From NCBI GenBank assembly GCA_002716405.1, contig PBBA01000006.1, positions 477,479-541,478 of the forward strand: a stretch of 64,000 nucleotides of DNA. Reading direction: 5' to 3'. The notes beneath the pieces are model-generated. The model did not search any database. It saw only the letters and a program-made list of their open reading frames with translations, and had not been told where the DNA came from. The position numbers and the translations under genes were made by a program. Positions 10,910-20,964 of the stretch are shown piece by piece. How positions within the stretch are numbered: position 1 is the first letter of the stretch; every line of letters starts with the position of its first letter. The DNA comes from Chloroflexota bacterium (lineage in GTDB: Bacteria > Chloroflexota > Dehalococcoidia > UBA2979).

Positions 10910-12511
10910 TTAATCCATGTTTTTAAATTTTGTCGAAATTAATTTTTTTGTTTGAAACCATTGGAAAGTAATAATTAAAAAAACTAGAGCTCCTGTAGAT
11001 CCAGTTAGTAATACTAATAATATACTACCTATATTGCTATCTATATTAATTTCGAAATGACTAAAATAGTACTGAACTGTAATCATAGCTAGTGTAGCAA
11101 AAAATGTAGAAGTCATTAATTTAACGATAAACTTTAAGAAGTTTTTCTTAAACAATCCTCCAATATTTTTATTTAGTAACCACAGTAAGATAATAAATTC
11201 AAAAATTGCAGATATAGTCATCGCGCTTGCAACTCCTATTAACTCTAAGGGGTTAATGAGTATGTAACATAAAATAATATTGAGTAGCATCGCTGTTATA
11301 GCTATTGCTACCGGTGTTTTAGTATTTTCTAGTGCATAAAAACCCCTGCTTAAGACTTCTATACCTGCATGTGCAAAAATGCCTATACATAAGAAAATTA
11401 ATGGTCGTACGACAAAATCAGTAGACTGTGTATTGAATGCCCCGTGTTCAAATAGCAATCTAATTAAGGGCTCTGCAAGAATGGCTAAAGCGATTGAAGT
11501 TGGAAGTGCAATGAATAATATTGCACGGAGACTACCCCAGATAGTTTCTTGAAGTTGAATGAATTGTTTTGCAGCTGCTTGTTTTGCAAGTGTGGGAAAA
11601 ACAGCTGTTGAGATAGACATTCCTGTCAGTCCGATTGGTAACATCATCATTAAGTAGGCATATGTTATTACACTGATTGCAGTATCAGAAACCAGTGAAG
11701 CGAAGAACAGAAGGGCTATCAAATTAATTTGCGACGCGCTAAGACCTATGATTCTTGGCCCCATTAACTTTAGTACTTCTAAAACATTTTTAGATCTGAT
11801 GCTGATTGAAGCATTCCACTGCATTCCAGATTTGTAGATTGCTGGTATCTGTATAAATGCATGTGCTAGGGAACCAACTGCAACGCCCCATGCAGGTCCA
11901 TAAAGTCCATATGGTTCTGACAGAAATAAGATCCCAAGGATAATTGAGAGATTGTAGATCATAGGAGCAATTGCAGTTGCTAAAAATTTTTCTCGTGCTT
12001 GAAGTATTCCGCTAAACATTCCGGAAATACCAAAAAATATAGGTGAAATCATCATCAACCTTGTGAGATGGATTGCTTTTTGCTGTATCAGATCAGTGTT
12101 TCCGGTAGATTCTCCGAGTCCCGGTGCGATTAACGGGATCAATGATGGCGCAAAGACAAATGCAATAGTTGCAAAAACAAAAGAAAGTAATGCAATTAGA
12201 TTGAGAATTCTTGAGGCTAAGCGCCATGCATCTATGGGTCCAGATTCAAAATAAACTCTACTAAATATGGGAATAAATGCAGCAGAAAGTGTTGCTCCTG
12301 CAATTAGTTGGAAAATAAGATCAGGTATACGAAAAGCAACCCAATAAGCAGCTAGCTCAGGGTCAGTTCCAAAAGCTTCAGCTAAGATGATCGATCTTAG
12401 CAATCCAAGAATGCGTGATCCGAGAAAACCAAGACCTACTATTCCGGCAGCACCTAGGATAGTTGAATTTTTATCCTTGATTACAGATGTTATTTTTTGA
12501 ATATTCTGCAT
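10910..12511 (-). CDS. murJ: lipid II flippase MurJ
   Basis: N-terminal SRILGLLRSIILAEAFG motif; about 14 TM segments; 533 aa. Confidence 0.88.
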   Translation of the reverse strand: MQNIQKITSVIKDKNSTILGAAGIVGLGFLGSRILGLLRSIILAEAFGTDPELAAYWVAFRIPDLIFQLIAGATLSAAFIPIFSRVYFESGPIDAWRLASRILNLIALLSFVFATIAFVFAPSLIPLIAPGLGESTGNTDLIQQKAIHLTRLMMISPIFFGISGMFSGILQAREKFLATAIAPMIYNLSIILGILFLSEPYGLYGPAWGVAVGSLAHAFIQIPAIYKSGMQWNASISIRSKNVLEVLKLMGPRIIGLSASQINLIALLFFASLVSDTAISVITYAYLMMMLPIGLTGMSISTAVFPTLAKQAAAKQFIQLQETIWGSLRAILFIALPTSIALAILAEPLIRLLFEHGAFNTQSTDFVVRPLIFLCIGIFAHAGIEVLSRGFYALENTKTPVAIAITAMLLNIILCYILINPLELIGVASAMTISAIFEFIILLWLLNKNIGGLFKKNFLKFIVKLMTSTFFATLAMITVQYYFSHFEINIDSNIGSILLVLLTGSTGALVFLIITFQWFQTKKLISTKFKNMD

Positions 12512-12625
12512 AAGCTTATCAAGCCTAACCTAGCAATGAATTTTTGCGAAGCCTTATTGAAAGATAGACGCTTGTACATCCAACCGCTAGGATATTACTC
12601 TACGTATATTGAATATGGAGAATTT

Positions 12626-12883
12626 ATGGCACATTCACTGTCTGCTCGAAAACGAGTTCGACAAATTGTAAGAAAGTCAGAAAGAAATCAGCCTTTTCGC
12701 CGGAGGGCAGCTAATGCTGTGCGGGAAGCACGTTTAGCAATAGAGGAAGGCTCTGATGATGCTGGTGAAATGGTACGTCAGGCACAAATAGCACTTGACA
12801 AGGCTGCTAGGCGTCGCATTATTCATCCTAATGCTGCCGCTCGTAGGAAGTCACGTCTTGTAAAACAGCTAAAATCAAATTAG
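12626..12883 (+). CDS. rpsT: 30S ribosomal protein S20
   Basis: MAHSLSARKRVRQ... basic protein. ATG at 12626 with GGAG at 12617-12620. The track's upstream extension would overlap murJ. Confidence 0.92.
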   Translation: MAHSLSARKRVRQIVRKSERNQPFRRRAANAVREARLAIEEGSDDAGEMVRQAQIALDKAARRRIIHPNAAARRKSRLVKQLKSN

Positions 12884-12913
12884 TTAGATATCCTGTATAA
12901 TTGTTGATAGGTC

Positions 12914-12939
12914 TTACCTTGAGTGTAAGGTAATTTTTT
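12914..12939 (+). terminator. intrinsic terminator after rpsT
   Basis: TTACCTT (12914-12920) / AAGGTAA (12927-12933) form a 7-bp stem with a 6-nt loop, followed by T6. Confidence 0.7.
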
Positions 12940-12951
12940 GTGTGGTAATTA

Positions 12952-13464
12952 ATGAGTCAAGAGCTTTTAAAATTTCCCGAAGATGACATTATAGAGGACA
13001 GTTCAATTTCTATTGGGCAATACCTCAAGGAGGCGAGATCAGTAAGAAAATTGTCCCTTGAAGATGCATCAGCCGTTACCCGAATAAGTAAACACTATCT
13101 CCAAGCTCTTGAAGATGAAGATTTTGACACCTTGCCCGCTCCTGTCTATGCAAGAGGTTTTATGCGAAGTTACGCAAAGTTTTTGGGTCTTGATCCTGTT
13201 GCGGCAGTAATGGCAATGCCTTCTGAAATGCCGCAACCTTCAGGATTAGAACCTTTGGCAGGATTACGACAACAGGTGAAGGTTAATAAAAATGATTTTA
13301 ACTTTCGTGTAATTGCAATATTTCTTTCTGTGGCTGTAGTAGCAATTCTGTTGTTATGGCTTGCTCCAAAAATTGGTTCTGGTACAGGTATTGATGATTT
13401 GGATACGACACAAAAATTAGAAGTTACCATTGTACGTAATCAATTTTTTCAAGACAGTATATAA
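12952..13464 (+). CDS. RodZ-like helix-turn-helix membrane protein
   Basis: N-terminal XRE-type HTH (LSLEDASAVTRISKHYLQALE), ARGFMRSYAKFLGLD, then one TM segment. Confidence 0.65.
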   Translation: MSQELLKFPEDDIIEDSSISIGQYLKEARSVRKLSLEDASAVTRISKHYLQALEDEDFDTLPAPVYARGFMRSYAKFLGLDPVAAVMAMPSEMPQPSGLEPLAGLRQQVKVNKNDFNFRVIAIFLSVAVVAILLLWLAPKIGSGTGIDDLDTTQKLEVTIVRNQFFQDSI

Positions 13465-13506
13465 AACTTTAGTTAGTAGTCTAAATACTACAATTGTCAG
13501 GTAGAC

Positions 13507-14802
13507 GTGAAATATTTCTTAACAACTCTTGGATGTGCAAAAAATACAGTAGATTCAATGAAGATTGAACAATCATTGCGATCGGGTAGGCATGTATCTG
13601 CGCATGCTCCAGATGAAGCAGATGTCTTGATTGTTAATACATGTGGATTTATTGATGATGCAAAAGATGAATCTCTTGAGGTGATAAAAAATTTAGATAA
13701 CCACAGAAATGTTGATCAGACTCTTTATGTAGTAGGTTGCTTGTCTGAGATTGCGGAAGAGCAAGTTAAGCAAGTTGTTCCCAATGTTGATCGAATTTTT
13801 GGCGCTGAAGCATGGGCTGATATTGCTGCAAGCTTTGGAAGTGATGCAATTAATTTTGACATACCTCAACCTTCGATTAGTAACATTGGAGGAATTAGTG
13901 CCTATCTAAAATTATCGGATGGGTGCGATCGACCATGTACTTTTTGCATAATTCCTACAATAAAAGGAAAGATGCATTCGACTTCAGAAGATTTGCTTAT
14001 AGCTGAAGCAAAATTTCATGCTGCCATGGGGGTAAAAGAATTAGTGCTAGTTGCTCAGGATTCCACAGCATATGGTGAAGACATTCAGGCTCGTGATGGC
14101 TTAGCTCAATTCCTTGAAAAACTATCATTAGCAGTACCTGAGATACCTTGGATACGTCTAATGTATGCTTATCCAGGTCGGGTTACGAGTAATTTGGCTA
14201 AAGTAATGAGTGATATGCCCAATATTTTACCTTATGTTGACATGCCACTTCAGCACGGATCAGACTCTATATTAAGAAGAATGAAGCGGCCTTCAACACG
14301 TAAAGCCCGTGAAAGTATTTCATATATTCGCAATACTATGAATAATGCAGTTATTAGAACTACTTTTATTGTAGGTTTCCCAGGTGAAACTGATCAGGAA
14401 TTCGATGAATTGCTAGATTTTATTCGATCAGAACAATTTGAACATATTGGTGTATTTACATATTCAGCACAATCCGGGACACCGGCTGCGTTGATGGAAG
14501 ATCAAGTGGATGATGAGTTAAAAACTGAGCGTTATGCTCGTGTAATGGAGCTTGCACAGGAAATTTCTCTTTCTGCTAATCAGTTAATCGTAGGTGATTC
14601 TGTTGATATTTTAATTGAATCTGAAGAGCCAACCAGATCAGCCGGCGGTGATTTGGTTGTGGTTGGCCGTACTTATAGGGATGCACCTGAAGTTGACGGT
14701 CTTGCTTTCGTCAAAGGTGAATTTCAAAAAGGTTCTTTAGTGACGGCTAACGTTGATGGTGCCTTACCATATGATCTATTATGTACACCAATAGATAGAT
14801 AG
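13507..14802 (+). CDS. rimO: ribosomal protein S12 methylthiotransferase
   Basis: TLGCAKNTVDS N-terminus, radical-SAM CDRPCTFC, C-terminal TRAM-like region. Confidence 0.9.
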   Translation: MKYFLTTLGCAKNTVDSMKIEQSLRSGRHVSAHAPDEADVLIVNTCGFIDDAKDESLEVIKNLDNHRNVDQTLYVVGCLSEIAEEQVKQVVPNVDRIFGAEAWADIAASFGSDAINFDIPQPSISNIGGISAYLKLSDGCDRPCTFCIIPTIKGKMHSTSEDLLIAEAKFHAAMGVKELVLVAQDSTAYGEDIQARDGLAQFLEKLSLAVPEIPWIRLMYAYPGRVTSNLAKVMSDMPNILPYVDMPLQHGSDSILRRMKRPSTRKARESISYIRNTMNNAVIRTTFIVGFPGETDQEFDELLDFIRSEQFEHIGVFTYSAQSGTPAALMEDQVDDELKTERYARVMELAQEISLSANQLIVGDSVDILIESEEPTRSAGGDLVVVGRTYRDAPEVDGLAFVKGEFQKGSLVTANVDGALPYDLLCTPIDR

Positions 14803-14827
14803 GTATTCCTTATTAATATTTCGATAA

Positions 14828-15526
14828 TTAATCTAAATTTGTTTCAGACTGTGTAGTAGCAAAATTTTCGACGATCTCACTTAAATCGTCTATGTTGTTA
14901 CTAATTTCAATGTTTTCCTTTTCATTATTTAGAACCTTTGCATCTTCAGAAAATTCAAGTGTTCCTTGTGATTCAGTTTCTTTAAGAATATTTTCTACCG
15001 TTTGAGGTAGGGATGGTAACTCATTAGGGTTAGTTAAGCCGAAATGCTCTAAAAATCTTTGTGTTGTTACAAATAACGCTGGCCTTCCTGGCCCAGGAGC
15101 ACGTCCTTTTATATCAATTAGATTTCGATTTCTTAAAGTAGTTATTGAAGCACCACTGTCTACTCCTCTAATTGTATCAATTATGTGACGAGTTACAGGT
15201 TGTCGATAAGCTATAATGGCTAATGTTTCTAGTGCAGCTGTGGAAAGACGACGATTTGCTTCTAATCCTAAAAAATATTCGATGGTACTCGCTGTTTTCG
15301 GTGAGGTGATAAATTGCACACCATCAGGGCCAAGTTGTAGATTTATTCCTCTTTGTTCCGAATTATAATCCGTGGTCATATTTTTGAGTATTTGATTGAC
15401 TTGTGCAGTCTTAATTTCTAGTACTTTTGCTAGATTTGCAATTGTTATAGGCTCTTCAGCTACAAATAACATAGCTTCTATCAGCGCAGGATAAATGTCC
15501 ACCCCTTGTTTTTCTGTTGAAGTCAT
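14828..15526 (-). CDS. scpB: segregation and condensation protein B
   Basis: IEAMLFVAEEPITI N-terminus and two winged-helix-like segments. Confidence 0.85.
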   Translation of the reverse strand: MTSTEKQGVDIYPALIEAMLFVAEEPITIANLAKVLEIKTAQVNQILKNMTTDYNSEQRGINLQLGPDGVQFITSPKTASTIEYFLGLEANRRLSTAALETLAIIAYRQPVTRHIIDTIRGVDSGASITTLRNRNLIDIKGRAPGPGRPALFVTTQRFLEHFGLTNPNELPSLPQTVENILKETESQGTLEFSEDAKVLNNEKENIEISNNIDDLSEIVENFATTQSETNLD

Positions 15527-16782
15527 TTCTGTTCCTCATATTGTTGGATTATTAAGACTGCATTTTGACCACCAAACCCAAAAGAGTTTTTAAGAACTGT
15601 TTTCACGTCGGCAGAACGTGAAATTAATGGAACGTAGTCAAGATCACATCTTGGGTCTGGATTTTCAAGATTTAATGTAGGTGCTAGTTGATTTGTTAAA
15701 ATCGTTTGGACAGCTGCTATTATTTCTGTCGCTCCTGATCCTCCTAACATATGGCCAGTTTGTGACTTGAGTGCGCTGATGGGGATTTTTTTAGCCAAAT
15801 CCATAAAAACAGTTTTAATTGCTTCAGTTTCTGCAATATCACCTGCATCAGTAGCTGTAGCGTGAGCAGATATGTAATCGATATCTTCTATTGTGCTATC
15901 AGCACTTTTAAGAGCTGATAGCATCGCACGTGAGGCGCCTTCTCCACCATCTGAAGGTGCTACTAAATAACTTGCATCAGCACTAACTCCGTATCCTATG
16001 ATTTCAGCAAGAGGCTTAACCCCTCTAGATAAGGCATGATCAAGTGATTCGAGTACGAGCATTCCTGCGCCTTCTGCAGGAACAAAACCATCTCGATCTT
16101 TGTCAAAGGGACGTGACGCAGCACTAGGGTGATCGTTATACGAGGTCGATAATGCACGCATAGTTGCAAACCCTGCCAATCCTAATTCACATATTCCTGC
16201 CTCTGTTCCACCCGCTATCATGACATCGGCTTTGTTATGTCGAATTATTTCAGCGGCATCACCTATAGCTTGTGTTCCTGAAGCACAAGCTGTAACTACA
16301 GTATTGATATATCCATGAATTCCAAGTTGGATCGAGACATTAGCTGCTGCCATATTAGGCAACCATTTTGCTACGTATAGAGGATCTATTCGCATACCAT
16401 TTTTTTCAAAAAGTGTGCGGTTTGCTTGTTCTACCAACGGGTAACCACCACCTCCATTACCACAAATGATCCCAATTCTAGAACTATCAATATTTTCTAT
16501 ATTTAGATCTGCATTCTCAATGCTTTGTCTTGCTGACGCAACAGCGAACTGAGAGAATCGAGCCATTCTTCTAGCTGATTTTTTATCCATATATATGGTT
16601 GGATCAAAATTTTTGATTTCACCAGCCACTTTACATGGATATTCAGTAGTATCTAAATCAGTGAAATTGTCAATTCCTGAAATTCCATTAATAGCTGAAG
16701 ACCAGAATTCTTCTACCGTGTTTCCTATTGGAGTTATAACGCCCATACCTGTTATTACGACACGTCGATATTGGTTCTGCAT
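15523..16782 (-). CDS. fabF: beta-ketoacyl-ACP synthase II
   Basis: RRVVITGMGVITPIGN, active-site ACASGT, HATAT, GHMLGGSGA (Cys-His-His triad contexts). Confidence 0.92.
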   Translation of the reverse strand: MQNQYRRVVITGMGVITPIGNTVEEFWSSAINGISGIDNFTDLDTTEYPCKVAGEIKNFDPTIYMDKKSARRMARFSQFAVASARQSIENADLNIENIDSSRIGIICGNGGGGYPLVEQANRTLFEKNGMRIDPLYVAKWLPNMAAANVSIQLGIHGYINTVVTACASGTQAIGDAAEIIRHNKADVMIAGGTEAGICELGLAGFATMRALSTSYNDHPSAASRPFDKDRDGFVPAEGAGMLVLESLDHALSRGVKPLAEIIGYGVSADASYLVAPSDGGEGASRAMLSALKSADSTIEDIDYISAHATATDAGDIAETEAIKTVFMDLAKKIPISALKSQTGHMLGGSGATEIIAAVQTILTNQLAPTLNLENPDPRCDLDYVPLISRSADVKTVLKNSFGFGGQNAVLIIQQYEEQK

Positions 16783-16810
16783 AATTTTCAGAAATCCCTT
16801 TCTATATATG

Positions 16811-18181
16811 CTACATTAGACCTAGTTCATGGTCGCTATCAATATCTAGGATTAATTCACGTGCTTCAGCAACAGCATACATGCTCCCAGTCACAATTAT
16901 AGTTCCTGATGATTTTGTAAGCATATAGGCGTAATCGATTGCAGATTCCATGTCATCAGTTGTTCGTACTTGGTGGCCCATTTTATCTAGTACATTAAAT
17001 ATTTCGATATTAGTTATTGATCGTTTTGTACGTAAGTTAGGTAGCACTACACTACTCTGTTTGGGCAATAATCTTGGTAGTATATCGAGCCAATTTTTAT
17101 CTTGGAGAATAGCTAGAATATATACATGAGGTTGATGGAAAATTTGCTCATCGATAGATTCCCTTAATCTTTGTGCAGCAAGTTGGGTATGGGCGCCGTC
17201 TAAGATTATAGTAGGGTTTATATTTATTATTTCACCTCTACCGGGGAGGTTTATTTTTGAGAATGCTCGCAATACTGCTACTGGGTCTAAAATCTTTGTG
17301 GTTTGTCCCAAGGCTAATTCAGAGGCACGTATTGCGGTTATAGCATTTTCGACTTGATGGCGCCCAAGAGTTGGTAACGAAATATTTTTATAAGTATTAT
17401 CTGGAGTTTCTAAATCAAATTGGATTGATTTCTTATTTAGATCATTGATTACATAGTTGCATTCATTAGTTGTTTCATGGACATTCGCACTTACTTTTTT
17501 TGATGCATGATAAATTTGTTCTAATGCATCATCATACTGAGGTGATGTAACTACTTCACAATCAGAAGTAATGATTCCAGATTTTTCTTTGGCAATTTCA
17601 GATATTGTTTTTCCTAAAATTGCCGTATGTTCTAGATCTATTGGTGTAATTATAGCAACCTCTTTATTTTGTATTGCGTTTGTTGGGTCTAGTCTTCCTC
17701 CTAATCCTACCTCTAAGGTTTGCCATGCACTTTTTTCGTGCGAAGCTACGATCCAGGCCATAATTGTTATGAGTTCAAAATAAGATGCTGTAGAGGATAT
17801 TTTTGAATCTAGTACGATTTTAGCAATATCAACAAATTGCCTTTCTGATAATGGGCTACCATTAATTTGAATTCTTTCTCTAGCTGAATGAAGATCCGGT
17901 GATATTGTAAGCATAGTTTTAACATTTGGATCATCAATTATTAATGATTCTCGAATTAAGGTGTCGACCATTATGGCAGTAGATCCCTTTCCCTTTGATC
18001 CTGCAACATGGATAGTATTTCGCTCCTGCGGATTATCTATTTCTGAAAGGTATTGTCGGATAATATTGATTCTATTGGATTTAGTGGAATTTATTTGTGA
18101 TCGATTTTGTTCATTCTTAAGTAAATTTTGTATCGATAGAATATATAGTTCTTTGTCATTAAGGTCTTGTTTATATTTCAT
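16811..18181 (-). CDS. folC: dihydrofolate synthase / folylpolyglutamate synthase (Mur-ligase family)
   Basis: HVAGSKGKGST P-loop and Mur-ligase central/C-terminal layout. Confidence 0.8.
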   Translation of the reverse strand: MKYKQDLNDKELYILSIQNLLKNEQNRSQINSTKSNRINIIRQYLSEIDNPQERNTIHVAGSKGKGSTAIMVDTLIRESLIIDDPNVKTMLTISPDLHSARERIQINGSPLSERQFVDIAKIVLDSKISSTASYFELITIMAWIVASHEKSAWQTLEVGLGGRLDPTNAIQNKEVAIITPIDLEHTAILGKTISEIAKEKSGIITSDCEVVTSPQYDDALEQIYHASKKVSANVHETTNECNYVINDLNKKSIQFDLETPDNTYKNISLPTLGRHQVENAITAIRASELALGQTTKILDPVAVLRAFSKINLPGRGEIININPTIILDGAHTQLAAQRLRESIDEQIFHQPHVYILAILQDKNWLDILPRLLPKQSSVVLPNLRTKRSITNIEIFNVLDKMGHQVRTTDDMESAIDYAYMLTKSSGTIIVTGSMYAVAEARELILDIDSDHELGLM

Positions 18182-18232
18182 TCTATATTTTCACTCACTA
18201 ATAAAGACTAGTATACGTCGGTCTGGTAAGTT

Positions 18233-18949
18233 TTGCTTATGATTAGAACTTATCGGACATCGGCAGGAAGTATATCTCAAAAGACTACCGAGCTTCTCAG
18301 TCAACATTTACATCATAAATCGGTTGGTGAAGATATTAAGCTCAGTATTGAATTTGGATCAGTGGGTCGTGGCGGCGCATCACTGTTCTTTCTATTTTTG
18401 GATGTGAATGAGTATGGATTATCAGATCTTCCAGTGATTACGGCTACATACGGTTCAGGTTTTTTCTCTGATAGTAATTGGGTAGAAGTATTAAATTATA
18501 ATAGGAAAGCTGTATTTCCTTCGGAGCGTATTATTGAAATACCAGAGGTTATAGAAATTGCAATCTTTCATCAAATTGCCTCACTTGTCACTTTAGGCGG
18601 CAAATTACTAATCGAATATGATTCTCCTGACCATCGTTTAACTGCTGAAGCCTTAAGTTTGGGTGTTCCGCCTGCTGCAACCCCTTTGGGGGGAATAATG
18701 TTATCAGCAGGATGTGGTGTAAAGTTCATTAATCATGATTTTGCAGGTGGAGGTCGGTCAGGACGTCGAAAACTTATTGGATTACGTGGGAGGGGCGATC
18801 AGACTGATCGAATGTTGTCACTTAGTATGATTAAGGAATTAGAAAATTTCTTAACTTGGTCCAAGGATTTAGATTGGCTAATTCAATCAAAAACCAGACC
18901 TATTGCTATAGCAACTATTACTATGCTTAAAGAAAAATTTAGTTTATGA
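18233..18949 (+). CDS. hypothetical protein
   Basis: 238-aa ORF directly upstream of fbp on the same strand. No motif recognised. Confidence 0.5.
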   Translation: MLMIRTYRTSAGSISQKTTELLSQHLHHKSVGEDIKLSIEFGSVGRGGASLFFLFLDVNEYGLSDLPVITATYGSGFFSDSNWVEVLNYNRKAVFPSERIIEIPEVIEIAIFHQIASLVTLGGKLLIEYDSPDHRLTAEALSLGVPPAATPLGGIMLSAGCGVKFINHDFAGGGRSGRRKLIGLRGRGDQTDRMLSLSMIKELENFLTWSKDLDWLIQSKTRPIAIATITMLKEKFSL

Positions 18950-18991
18950 GTACACTTTCTATAATATAGATCTATAAAAACAGGAAAAGGT

Positions 18992-19957
18992 ATGCCACTA
19001 ATAATCGAGGGAATTAAATCACCAATAGAAGGAGTGGATGATGCTTCTCTAGCTCCCGTCCTAGAGGCCATAGTCGCGGCTGCTAAATTAATTTCTAATA
19101 ATGTACAAAATGGAGCACTTATTGAGCGTCTTGATTCAGAAGGTGTGCGAAATGTTCATGGTGAATTAGTTCATACATTAGATACATTAGGGACAAATAC
19201 GTTTGTTGAATTTTTTAAGGATACCCAAGTTGTTGCTGGTTTAGTATGCGAAGAATTGGAGACGGAAACGTTTTTTAATGTGGAAGATATTTCTGAATCT
19301 TACTTCTGTGTTTTGGATCCTATCGATGGTACATCGAATGCAGATATTGCAATTACAATTGGTTCTATTTTCGGTATTTTTAAGGGGACCAATGGAGATA
19401 GTACGCTAGATGCTACTCAATTTTTGCGTCCTGCAAAAGATTTTGTTGCTGCGGGGTATGTTCTATATGGTTCAAGTACTTTGTTAATATTAGCGACTCC
19501 AATGAAAGTACAAGAATTTACACTTGATATCGCCAAGATGGAATTTGTCTGTACTCGTAGTTCACTTAGTATTCCCGTTGAATGTCCTTATTATAGTGTA
19601 AATCAAGGATATGAAGATTTTTGGGAAGATAATATAAAAGATGTCGTTCATTCAATTAAAAAAGGACGCTCATTAAGGTACGTTGGATCGTTAGTCTCAG
19701 ATTTCCACCGTGATCTTATCAGAGGTGGTGTCTATTTGTATCCAGGTGATGTGAACAATCCAGAAGGCAAAATTCGTTTGCTCTATGAAGCGGCTGTAAT
19801 GAGTTACATCGCACATTATGCCGGAGGAAGTTCTACTAATGGATATACATCTATTTTTGATTTACAACCCAAGTCAATTCATCAACGAACGCCAATTTTT
19901 GTTGGTAATTCAAATGTAATTGAACAAATCGAATCAATATTAAGAGATAATACTTGA
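18992..19957 (+). CDS. fbp: fructose-1,6-bisphosphatase, class 1
   Basis: DPIDGTSNADI metal-binding motif and GKIRLLYEAAVMSYIAHYAGG. Confidence 0.85.
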   Translation: MPLIIEGIKSPIEGVDDASLAPVLEAIVAAAKLISNNVQNGALIERLDSEGVRNVHGELVHTLDTLGTNTFVEFFKDTQVVAGLVCEELETETFFNVEDISESYFCVLDPIDGTSNADIAITIGSIFGIFKGTNGDSTLDATQFLRPAKDFVAAGYVLYGSSTLLILATPMKVQEFTLDIAKMEFVCTRSSLSIPVECPYYSVNQGYEDFWEDNIKDVVHSIKKGRSLRYVGSLVSDFHRDLIRGGVYLYPGDVNNPEGKIRLLYEAAVMSYIAHYAGGSSTNGYTSIFDLQPKSIHQRTPIFVGNSNVIEQIESILRDNT

Positions 19958-19976
19958 ATTAGAAGAGGAGACTTCG

Positions 19977-20891
19977 ATGGAGGATGCTAATCAACTGAAG
20001 GAACTATGTGTACTAGATGGGATGCAACTCGCATCTGGACAATATTCTAGATTGTATAGAATGATGTACGAATATGGAACAGCTAATGGTACCTTGTTAC
20101 TTCTTCCGTACGATCATGGTATCGAGCATGGACCTATAGATTTTTTAGATTATCTACAGGGTGCTGATCCTGAATACCTTTTTCGTTTAGCAGTACAGGG
20201 GAAGTTTTCGGGTATTGCAACTCATTTAGGTTTAGCAAGGAGATATTTTTCTAATGTGGCAGGACAGGTGCCCCTTGTTGTGAAGCTAAATGGTAAAACA
20301 AATATCCCACCTGACGATCATGCTATTTCTACGATGACAGGAGATGTTGAATCTGCTGTTCGTTTAGGTGCTGACGCTGTAGGTTACACGCTATATGTCG
20401 GCTCTCCAGAGCAACATCGAGATTTTGAACAACTGCGTGCGGTTCGACGTGAATCAGAATTATTAGGGATTCCATTAATTGTCTGGGCTTATCCACGTGG
20501 AAAAGATATTGAATCTAAAGGAGGTAGAGATAGTTTGTATGCAGTAGATTATGCTGCACGATTAGCGTTGGAGTTAGGTGCAGATGTAATCAAGTTGAAT
20601 ACTCCCAAGAGTCATAACCCAGATGCGAATGCCCCAGCTCAATATAAGGAACTAGAAGATGAACGTTTTGAAATGACCAAACGTGTAATCACTTCTGCAC
20701 AAAAAGCGTTGGTAGTTTTTACTGGTGGAAGCTTTCATTCAGATGAAGATTTTCTTACTGATTTAGATATGGTAATGCGTGCGGGAGCTTCAGGTATAAT
20801 TGCTGGGCGTAATATGTTCCAGCGTACTGAAGAAAATGCGATAGCAATTACCAGGCGTGTACACGAACTTTTAGGAGAATATTCACAATGA
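19977..20891 (+). CDS. class I fructose-bisphosphate aldolase, archaeal/DhnA type
   Basis: LLLPYDHGIEHGP, VVKLNG and ADVIKLNTP (Schiff-base Lys context); 304 aa. Confidence 0.78.
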   Translation: MEDANQLKELCVLDGMQLASGQYSRLYRMMYEYGTANGTLLLLPYDHGIEHGPIDFLDYLQGADPEYLFRLAVQGKFSGIATHLGLARRYFSNVAGQVPLVVKLNGKTNIPPDDHAISTMTGDVESAVRLGADAVGYTLYVGSPEQHRDFEQLRAVRRESELLGIPLIVWAYPRGKDIESKGGRDSLYAVDYAARLALELGADVIKLNTPKSHNPDANAPAQYKELEDERFEMTKRVITSAQKALVVFTGGSFHSDEDFLTDLDMVMRAGASGIIAGRNMFQRTEENAIAITRRVHELLGEYSQ

Positions 20892-20964
20892 TTTTTAGTT
20901 TTTTTGTATTTTATTCGTTTGGTTCACCACAATTCGGTTAACTTTTACTTCTATTGCTGCACCA

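Noticed and set aside
20888-20941. 17-codon ORF (MIFSFFVFYSFGSPQFG) starting in the ATGA overlap with the aldolase stop
   Set aside because: It is too short and of low complexity (from a T-rich spacer). It could matter only if an indel joins it to the FBPA/P-like frame, and there is no direct evidence for that.
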